Below are positions 56,577 through 64,000 of a stretch of DNA of 64,000 bases, piece after piece. The notes beneath the pieces are model-generated. The model did not search any database. It was not told the DNA's origin and worked only from the letters and a program-made list of their open reading frames with translations. Source of the DNA: a virus (taxonomy: Duplodnaviria; Caudoviricetes); IMG/VR virus record IMGVR_UViG_3300032236_001631, positions 1 through 64,000 of that record; one strand, given 5' to 3'. The stretch's first letter is position 1, and every line of letters starts with the position of its first letter. The position numbers and the translations under genes were made by a program.

Positions 56577-58121
56577 TTATAGCACAAATAATCCTCTAAT
56601 GTCACCGTTAATAGACACAGGATTAGAATTTGTTGTTGTAATTGAGTTTATGAAATTATATCCTTTAATAGCTGCACCTGCCTTACCACCAAGAGGAGGT
56701 AATTGAGTTCCTTTAGCGTCTTTAACTCCTGTGTTAATACCATCAGATCCTAAAGTTCCGCCAGTTCCACCATTTACATAACCGCTTCCACCATTTCCGG
56801 GTGTATTAAATGTACCAGAAATACCATCAGTTCCAGCACTATCAGTCCAAAGATATTTTATTTTTGGGTTGAGAGGTTTTACGTTTTTAAATCCACCAGA
56901 ACCAGCAGCACCACCAGCATAACCAGCACCTCCTCCACCTCCACCTCCACCTTGAAGTTTTTCCCCTTTCTTTCCCTTTAAAGTAATATAACTAGTATTA
57001 TTATATGTGGCAATTCCTCCAGCACCTCCACCACCTCCACCAGCTATAACTCCGTTATTAACTATTTTAGTAGGGAATGTTAATAAAATTGCATCTCCAC
57101 CATTTGAACCATTATTAGAATTTGATAAAGGAATACCGAGAGATTCACCATCACCACCGAGACCTCCATAACCATATATATTTCCATTATTTTTTATGGT
57201 TATAGTATCTCCTACGGTAAATCCAGAAACAACCAGTGCAGCACCACCATTTACATTACTTCCAACATTAACACCTCTATTAATAGTTAATATTACATCA
57301 GTATAACCAGCATAATAAAGACCACTATGAACTGTTTGATAGAATAAATCAAAGTTTGTTGTGTCATTAACTAAAGTTAGTTCTATAGTAGATCTACCAT
57401 TTTCTGTTGAAGGTCTGGTTGATATTCTAGGAGGTATACCTTTAACAAAAATGGGTTGTTTTGTTACTTCTGTACTACCTACATCTAAACTATCATATAT
57501 CCAATTGCCATTGTTATCATTATAAAATTTAAATATTTTTCCATTTCCTAAATGAATATCTTGTTTTATGTATTCAGCATACATATGCCTAGTCATAAAT
57601 GAAAATTCAGGACTAGTATTAAAGGTTATTAAATCATTTGGATCATTAGGATTTACAGGAACATTATAAAGGAAAAATATAACATTTACATTTGTATTTT
57701 TTGTATAACCTGTTGCGGGATAATTTTTATTTAAATATGTTTTAGCTAAAGAAATTAATTTTTGATCTAATTGATTAACTGTTGGACAACTTATTGCAAG
57801 ATTATTAAGAAGTGATATATTAAGAGGATAATGAACAGAAAATTCATGTTTATCCCAATAGGCACTAAGCAAGTTTACTGTTGCTGTAACAAGATTATAT
57901 CTGCTTGGGTCTAAAAACAAATTAGTAGCTTGTATAAAGATAGGATAATTTTTTATAAAATCACTGAATATTGTATAAAAATTATTTTTTGATATAAAAA
58001 ATTCACTAGATAGATTGCAAATATATGTGTCCAAAGACATTAAATTATAATTGTGTTTTCCAGAAGAATCTCCTACACAATCTTCTTTATAAATTTCTTG
58101 AGTTAATTTTCTATTGCTCAT
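56577..58121 (-). CDS. Receptor-binding protein with T-even gp38-like polyglycine domain
   Basis: NNGNIYGYGGLGG...GGDAI...NNGVIAGGGGGG...GGKAGAAI...GDIRG. Confidence 0.75.
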   Translation of the reverse strand: MSNRKLTQEIYKEDCVGDSSGKHNYNLMSLDTYICNLSSEFFISKNNFYTIFSDFIKNYPIFIQATNLFLDPSRYNLVTATVNLLSAYWDKHEFSVHYPLNISLLNNLAISCPTVNQLDQKLISLAKTYLNKNYPATGYTKNTNVNVIFFLYNVPVNPNDPNDLITFNTSPEFSFMTRHMYAEYIKQDIHLGNGKIFKFYNDNNGNWIYDSLDVGSTEVTKQPIFVKGIPPRISTRPSTENGRSTIELTLVNDTTNFDLFYQTVHSGLYYAGYTDVILTINRGVNVGSNVNGGAALVVSGFTVGDTITIKNNGNIYGYGGLGGDGESLGIPLSNSNNGSNGGDAILLTFPTKIVNNGVIAGGGGGGAGGIATYNNTSYITLKGKKGEKLQGGGGGGGGAGYAGGAAGSGGFKNVKPLNPKIKYLWTDSAGTDGISGTFNTPGNGGSGYVNGGTGGTLGSDGINTGVKDAKGTQLPPLGGKAGAAIKGYNFINSITTTNSNPVSINGDIRGLFVL

Positions 58122-58122
58122 T

Positions 58123-59133
58123 TTATGTTATATATTTTTTGTCAAATACCCACTTACAGTTTTTAACTTTAAAAACAACTGCTGTTATAGTATCTAATTC
58201 ATTTCTGTCTTGAAATGTCATTTCTATATTTGCCGTTATACCACCATAAGAATTTTTGTTACTTGGTGTAGGTGTACTAGGAACAAGTGTTCTTGTTGTC
58301 CATTTTACAACTCTTTGAACAACTTTCTTTATATATTTAAATAATATCCCTTTTTTATTTAAAATAGGATTATTTACAACTGTTGGTATAGTAGAATAAT
58401 GATCTTCTGTTTTCCAAGTATATGTTATGGGAGGGACATAAAGATTATAAGGAGGAGTTTTATAATAACAACTCAATGTTTGACATTTTTGACATGAAAA
58501 TGCTTGTCCCCCACAGTTGAAATTTCCATTACTACAATAAACATATCCATAATACCTATCAGTACAATATGAACAAATAGTTTTATCAGCAGTAGTGCAT
58601 AATGTGTAATCTAATATAAATTGATTTTCTGAAATACTTGTACCATATTGCCATGTATGTGCATATATAATAGCCATTTGGTTTTCTACATAGTTAGTTT
58701 TTGTTGGTGGTATTTCTATTGTATTTCCAGTAGTATCATCAATAACATATTTAGTAGGATTAATAACTGGAAAATAAGATTCCACCCAAGATGATATAGT
58801 TTCTACTATAGAATTAGTTGGATAATTAGAAGGAAATAATGATGGATAAAATATAGTAATAGGTTTTATCCAACCAGAAGAATTACTTTCTACAGTTGTA
58901 GCAGTGCTGATTAATAAAGAAGAATTTCTCTGAACAATACTAGTTGTATCTTTTAAAAATTTATTAAAGGTAAGATAATACTCCAACATAGGAGTCCATA
59001 ATTTATCAGCACTTGTTTTTACTGTAAAGGTATCTAACTCTAAGTTATAATAGTTAATATTAACAGAAGATAATGAGTTTCCTATAGTATCTTGTGGATT
59101 TATTGTATAATATACACTCATATAACAGTCCAA
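58123..59133 (-). CDS. Tail-associated protein with Cys-rich insert
   Basis: N-terminal IGNSLSSVNIN motif shared with both neighbours. Confidence 0.65.
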   Translation of the reverse strand: MDCYMSVYYTINPQDTIGNSLSSVNINYYNLELDTFTVKTSADKLWTPMLEYYLTFNKFLKDTTSIVQRNSSLLISTATTVESNSSGWIKPITIFYPSLFPSNYPTNSIVETISSWVESYFPVINPTKYVIDDTTGNTIEIPPTKTNYVENQMAIIYAHTWQYGTSISENQFILDYTLCTTADKTICSYCTDRYYGYVYCSNGNFNCGGQAFSCQKCQTLSCYYKTPPYNLYVPPITYTWKTEDHYSTIPTVVNNPILNKKGILFKYIKKVVQRVVKWTTRTLVPSTPTPSNKNSYGGITANIEMTFQDRNELDTITAVVFKVKNCKWVFDKKYIT

Positions 59134-59897
59134 CTCCTATTTATATTTTTAAACCTTACATTTACTGTTCTAGCAGTATTTTTATCAGTAGCATTTCTAT
59201 TCAATCCTATATTTAAGGTTTTTGCTCCGCTTCCAGTACAAGATACAGATGCAGGATTATTCGAAGTTCGTGTTATGTTACAACCATCATAAGCATTTGT
59301 ACAAGGACCATAACCTGCTTTCCCTCCGTGGTGGTTACATCCTCTATACGGTCTCTCACCACAACCATTACATGAAATAGATAATCCACCTCCTGTAGGT
59401 ATGCAAGATTCATAGAATGATCTGTTAAATCTAAATGAAAATGGTTGATTTTGATTTAAATAAACCACAATATCAATTATTTGATTTATATTATAAATCT
59501 TAGAACTAAAGTTATTATTCAACCAAGTTATTAAGATATTATTTTGATTTGTTGTTCCAAGACCATTCCAATAATTTATATCAAGCATTTTGGGATAATA
59601 CAAAGTATATGATTTATTCCAATTAGAACTAAGTGTTGAAACTGTTGTTGCAGTATCAATCCATGTAGCACTAAAAGATTTAATATTAGTAGCTGTTTTT
59701 ATCCATTTAGAACTATATGTTGTAAATATGGTATATAAGTTAAACCATGTAGAATAATATCTGCTTACATCAGTAATAGCCGAAGAAAGCGAATATATAT
59801 TGTAATTTATAGTATCTAATGTATTAGCCAAGCAAAGATTCTCATCTATCAAATAGATATTTGAACATGTTGGTGTTGTTTTTTTGAAAGTTGTCAT
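59118..59897 (-). CDS. Tail-associated protein with Cys-rich insert
   Basis: N-terminal LANTLDTINYN motif; 7 Cys and HH in the C-terminal insert. Confidence 0.65.
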   Translation of the reverse strand: MTTFKKTTPTCSNIYLIDENLCLANTLDTINYNIYSLSSAITDVSRYYSTWFNLYTIFTTYSSKWIKTATNIKSFSATWIDTATTVSTLSSNWNKSYTLYYPKMLDINYWNGLGTTNQNNILITWLNNNFSSKIYNINQIIDIVVYLNQNQPFSFRFNRSFYESCIPTGGGLSISCNGCGERPYRGCNHHGGKAGYGPCTNAYDGCNITRTSNNPASVSCTGSGAKTLNIGLNRNATDKNTARTVNVRFKNINRSWTVI

Positions 59898-59898
59898 T

Positions 59899-62800
59899 TT
59901 ACATCCATTTTATCTTATAAAGAGAAGATTCAGCAGGTATAATCTTAGATATACTTGATTTTAAAGATTCCTCTAAAATTTTCTTTATATTTTCATCTAT
60001 ATTTAGGTTGTGTATATTAATATTAAAGTACTTGCTTTTACTACCGGGCATTTGCATCTTATACCAATGTTCAATTTCTTCAATAAAATTTCTACTACCA
60101 ACTCTCATATTCCAATTAAGATCCTTACGAGAATCCGTAAAATCTGAAGAGAAATATATCTGTTCTATTTCTCCATTTGTAAGAGATTTAGAATACATTT
60201 TAAGATCTGAAACATTACCTATGAATTTATAACTATCATCTATTCCTATAATATCGTTCAAAGTTGTATTTTTAACAGTAGCTGCACCAAGTAATAATGA
60301 AGATCTGTAATCATAGTACAATTGATATTTAAAAGGAGTAAATGATACACTATCTACTGGTATAGAATCTATGTAGTATTTTGCATTTCCTTTTAATGAA
60401 TCAAAAACAAATGAGAAATGATGCCATCCTTTAGGTAGTGAACTTACAGCATAGTTAAGTGATAATAGCTTAGAATTTTTACCATTAGGTTCTGATATTT
60501 TAAACTTCCAAGAAAGTCTTTTTACATTTCCTCCAAATTTTCTAAGATATTGATATCCTGTAAAATCTCCCTTTGCATAAAAATTTAATAAAATTTTTGG
60601 ATTTGATAGTAAGCCTCTTATATCAAGTTTAGATAAAAAATTTCCTGTTTGATCTAATACATAAATTTCATTATCTCTTACATCAACAATAATTAAATTA
60701 TCTTGATATACTACGCTCTTATCACATGTTTCTGTATTTCCTTTTGGTACTTTAACAAAATCTATATAACGAAATCTTTCTTGTGATTTACAAGGATTTA
60801 ATTCTGCTGACGAATTTCTACCTATTCTAAATGAGAATTCGAACAATCCTGTAATTGTGTTTAACTTTGAAATTGTATCTTGATTATGTGATATCCAAAT
60901 ATTATTTTTAGAATCACATGTCAATTGTTGTGTTGGACCTATATTTGCAAATACTTGTCTGTTCTTATATAAATTACCACCGACAACTTCCCATATGTTA
61001 TTATAGTTATCAATTACAGATGCATTTCCGTATATACCAATCACATCATTAGTTTGATTATCTATTTCTATTCTATTAAAACCAGAAGTCAATGAGAAAT
61101 AATTTTGTTCAATAAAATTGCCATTACCATCTGTTTTTATATATGATTTAATTGTATTATCATAGAAATAAAAATTTTGATATGCATCAATTTCTATTTG
61201 ATCTATTCCACTGAGTTTTGTATTTAAACTAGAAAGACCTCCTATAATATTATTAATTGCATTGTATTTAACTCCTGTTTTATTTTTTGAATCAAATACC
61301 CAATAACTATAATCAGGTAGTCTTTGTATAAAAGTATATTCAGAATTTTTATTAGCAGGAAGAGGTATCTCAGAAAGTTTTGTAAATTTATAATTTATAT
61401 TATATGCTACTGCTGATCCTACATTGGTTATAGTTAATATAGGAGCACTTAAAGCACCTTCATTAACTAACCCAAAACCACTATCGTAATAATTTCCAAA
61501 TACTTGATCTCCATATATATTAGACCAATCATTCACATTAATCCACATGGAAACAGTAAGTCTGGACTTTTGTAAAAGTGAAGATTTTGATGGAAATACT
61601 GCATGATTTGTTCCATCCAATTTCCAATAATTACCATTTAAATTTTCAGAAATATTAAAGAAGGTTAATCCGTTATTATGATATTTAGAATCATCTACTA
61701 AAACAGCAGAAGACCAATTAGTTATACTCAATAATTTTGCACCATTTGGTAAATTTTTATCTTGATCCAGATAAGATAAAAATTGTTTACTGCTTTCCTG
61801 ACCTGTTCTATTGTATTTGTAAAGAACACCAGGTTCTAGAATAATTGTAGAAGGAACATCATATGTAAATGGTTTATCAGCATATAAAGCAGGATTATAA
61901 ACAACTGCTTTTGCAGTTAATGCTTGATCTAAAGTATAGTAAGCAGCATTATAGTATCTATCTAGCCAAATTTTATGACCTAAATTAGAACCAGATAACC
62001 AAGAACAAAGCCAAACATTGTCATATTTAGTTATACTTTTTGGTTGTGGTTGACCGGGAATTGTTTCTTCATAATTTTTTCTATAAATATAAATACGATC
62101 AGAAGTAAATGGCAATTCACCTGCTGTAGCACCATCTTCTATAAGTCCAGAATTTTGAAGTGTAACTCTTTTACAAGTAGATGGATAATAAAAAGGAGTT
62201 TCTTGATTTACTTTGAAATTATATTCTTTTGTATCTGCACTATATCCCAGATAAACTTTATCATAACCATTAAGTTGATTAGTTCCTGTGTATATCTTAT
62301 TATATAATCTTCTTATTGAGGAAGATATGCCTGTTAAGGGATTTGCTGTTGTGTATTTATATTCAGGAGTTTGATAATTTTTCAAACCATGTACTTGTAA
62401 ATCATAAACACAATCCACATCGGTTATGTTGGGATTTTCTACAGGGAAAAGACCAAGATAATTTTGTGACAATAAATTATTATTAGAAAAATTATAATCA
62501 ACATCCAAAATATTTTCATAGATTATTGGATTTGTTTTATATTTTACCATAAAACTGTCAGAAACATCATTTTCAAAATCTATTAAATTTTTCTTATAAG
62601 AAATAAAATTAAAAATTGCATCATTAGGTAAAATGTTATTATTTGTTAAATTTACAGAACTTAATACATATATATTATCTGTATTTCTTATTACTATATT
62701 TGTATAATTTGTATTAGATTTAAATAAAATAATAGATGATTCTCCTAAAAAGTAATCAAAAAGTTGTGTTTGTGTAGGTGGATATATTTGAGATTTAAAT

Positions 62801-63288
62801 TTTAAGCCATTAGTACCAAAAAAATCAGCAGTAAGAACATTTCCTAGTTTATTTTTTATGCTTACTTTATTATTTTCTTCAAAATAAAACGTAAAAACAT
62901 CATTTTTACCAAAAATAGTACCAAGAGTATCCTTTAAAACAGTAGGATTATTAGGTAAAGAAGAATTTGAATTGTAAAAGGTTACTATATTACCAGATAA
63001 AGTAGCAATAGGAGATTCAATCTTTGTCAAATTATCTACTAATTTTGGATTTTTCTTATTTTTTAAAAAATATGAATTGTATATTATACTTGATAGAAAT
63101 GTTCCTGTTTTTCTATTAAAAGTAAAATCTATAGGATCAGATAATACATTATGTAAATAAAAATACATCCCATTATCAAGAAGCAAAGGTGTCTTTTTGA
63201 CATCAAATTGCTCCCCAACTACATTAAAATCTACTGGTTTCCAGTAGGTAGCAGATAAAATATTGTATATACTAAACGTAGCAGACAT
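59899..63288 (-). CDS. Large virion protein with LamG/concanavalin-like and propeller regions
   Basis: LTVSMWIN, GWHHFSFVFD, FIGNVSDLKMYSKSLT..EI; TAAATA at 63295-63300. Confidence 0.75.
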   Translation of the reverse strand: MSATFSIYNILSATYWKPVDFNVVGEQFDVKKTPLLLDNGMYFYLHNVLSDPIDFTFNRKTGTFLSSIIYNSYFLKNKKNPKLVDNLTKIESPIATLSGNIVTFYNSNSSLPNNPTVLKDTLGTIFGKNDVFTFYFEENNKVSIKNKLGNVLTADFFGTNGLKFKSQIYPPTQTQLFDYFLGESSIILFKSNTNYTNIVIRNTDNIYVLSSVNLTNNNILPNDAIFNFISYKKNLIDFENDVSDSFMVKYKTNPIIYENILDVDYNFSNNNLLSQNYLGLFPVENPNITDVDCVYDLQVHGLKNYQTPEYKYTTANPLTGISSSIRRLYNKIYTGTNQLNGYDKVYLGYSADTKEYNFKVNQETPFYYPSTCKRVTLQNSGLIEDGATAGELPFTSDRIYIYRKNYEETIPGQPQPKSITKYDNVWLCSWLSGSNLGHKIWLDRYYNAAYYTLDQALTAKAVVYNPALYADKPFTYDVPSTIILEPGVLYKYNRTGQESSKQFLSYLDQDKNLPNGAKLLSITNWSSAVLVDDSKYHNNGLTFFNISENLNGNYWKLDGTNHAVFPSKSSLLQKSRLTVSMWINVNDWSNIYGDQVFGNYYDSGFGLVNEGALSAPILTITNVGSAVAYNINYKFTKLSEIPLPANKNSEYTFIQRLPDYSYWVFDSKNKTGVKYNAINNIIGGLSSLNTKLSGIDQIEIDAYQNFYFYDNTIKSYIKTDGNGNFIEQNYFSLTSGFNRIEIDNQTNDVIGIYGNASVIDNYNNIWEVVGGNLYKNRQVFANIGPTQQLTCDSKNNIWISHNQDTISKLNTITGLFEFSFRIGRNSSAELNPCKSQERFRYIDFVKVPKGNTETCDKSVVYQDNLIIVDVRDNEIYVLDQTGNFLSKLDIRGLLSNPKILLNFYAKGDFTGYQYLRKFGGNVKRLSWKFKISEPNGKNSKLLSLNYAVSSLPKGWHHFSFVFDSLKGNAKYYIDSIPVDSVSFTPFKYQLYYDYRSSLLLGAATVKNTTLNDIIGIDDSYKFIGNVSDLKMYSKSLTNGEIEQIYFSSDFTDSRKDLNWNMRVGSRNFIEEIEHWYKMQMPGSKSKYFNINIHNLNIDENIKKILEESLKSSISKIIPAESSLYKIKWM

Positions 63289-63340
63289 TAACAATATTTA
63301 TGGATAATACCTCATTTATCTTGTAGTATTTGATTAAAAA

Positions 63341-63832
63341 TCAATTAAAAAGTAAAAATCCATTTATACTTGGTTTTTGATAAGGAATAAATCCACTCCA
63401 AGAACTAATAGAATATGAATAGCTATCTCTAGATAACAAACCATATCCAGCTTCGTTTTCTATTATTATATCAATATATGTACTATATCCTTCTTTTTGA
63501 AGAATATAATTAAAAAATTCATTAGGTATATTAAAAATAATTTTAGTATCACCTATTAATGTAAATTCAGGAACTGCATAGGCAGTAAAACCGGGATTAT
63601 TTTCTGATAAGTTAGGAAATGAAGAGAATGGATTGAAATAACTATAACTAAGTCCATTATATAATTCTATATCAGCTGCACTTAAATATAAATTTCTTGG
63701 TAATAAAAAACTTTTACCAAGAAGATTAACAGTTTTAGACTGTGATGATGAAAGTGGTAAAGACAAAACATAAAGACTATAAGGCTTTATATCAGTAGCA
63801 CTAGGTTTTGCGTAAAAAGAGACTTTTTCCAT
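63341..63832 (-). CDS. Hypothetical virion-associated protein
   Basis: 163 aa in the late operon. Confidence 0.65.
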   Translation of the reverse strand: MEKVSFYAKPSATDIKPYSLYVLSLPLSSSQSKTVNLLGKSFLLPRNLYLSAADIELYNGLSYSYFNPFSSFPNLSENNPGFTAYAVPEFTLIGDTKIIFNIPNEFFNYILQKEGYSTYIDIIIENEAGYGLLSRDSYSYSISSWSGFIPYQKPSINGFLLFN

Positions 63833-63835
63833 ATT

Positions 63836-64000
63836 TTAGAGTTCGGTTAATATAATAGAATCTTGTTGTGGATTAGTAGAATCAAAAAAGTCTGCATTAA
63901 TTGTATAAATTTTCTTAACAACCTGATCTGTTTTCTTAAACAACCAACCTTTAATTGTAAAAGATGTATCAGCAGATACTCTATATGGCTGTGTTGGTCC
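63836..64000 (-). CDS. Partial tail sheath stabiliser/terminator (T4 gp15-like), C-terminus
   Basis: YRVSADTSFTIKGWLF; truncated by the window edge. Confidence 0.55.
   Translation of the reverse strand, partial: GPTQPYRVSADTSFTIKGWLFKKTDQVVKKIYTINADFFDSTNPQQDSIILTEL

Noticed and set aside
1-64000. Stop-codon reassignment explaining the many short ORFs
   Set aside because: Core genes are intact in the standard code, and the short ORFs have their own promoters and starts.

Overview
AT-rich fragment of a large T4-like (Tevenvirinae-related) myophage genome in the standard genetic code. 1-20.3 kb is a mostly minus-strand early/accessory region of small genes. Its first 10.7 kb is organised as an array of gene cassettes separated by 16 copies of a 29-bp direct repeat (minus strand TTGACAcctcctcctaaagcataTAGAAT). 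The repeat is a sigma70-type promoter placed for leaderless translation, it carries the stop codon of the upstream gene (giving LDTSS tails), and it contains an anti-Shine-Dalgarno-like tract. The early region also holds a candidate 115-nt structured RNA, a DNA methyltransferase, a GlcNAc transferase, rmlC, an orphan MbcA/ParS-like antitoxin and a Gly/Ser/Tyr-rich lipoprotein. 20.3-64 kb is a late virion region with TAA(A/G)TA promoters: large vWA, NHL, PKD and LamG proteins, a circularly permuted L-type lectin, a tail fibre with 18-aa repeats, portal gp20, gp13, a free-standing endonuclease, gp4, gp21, gp22, major capsid gp23, cysC, a gp16-like gene, clamp loader gp44, gp25, gp6, a gp38-like adhesin and part of gp15. 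All family calls come from motif recognition by eye; no searches were run.
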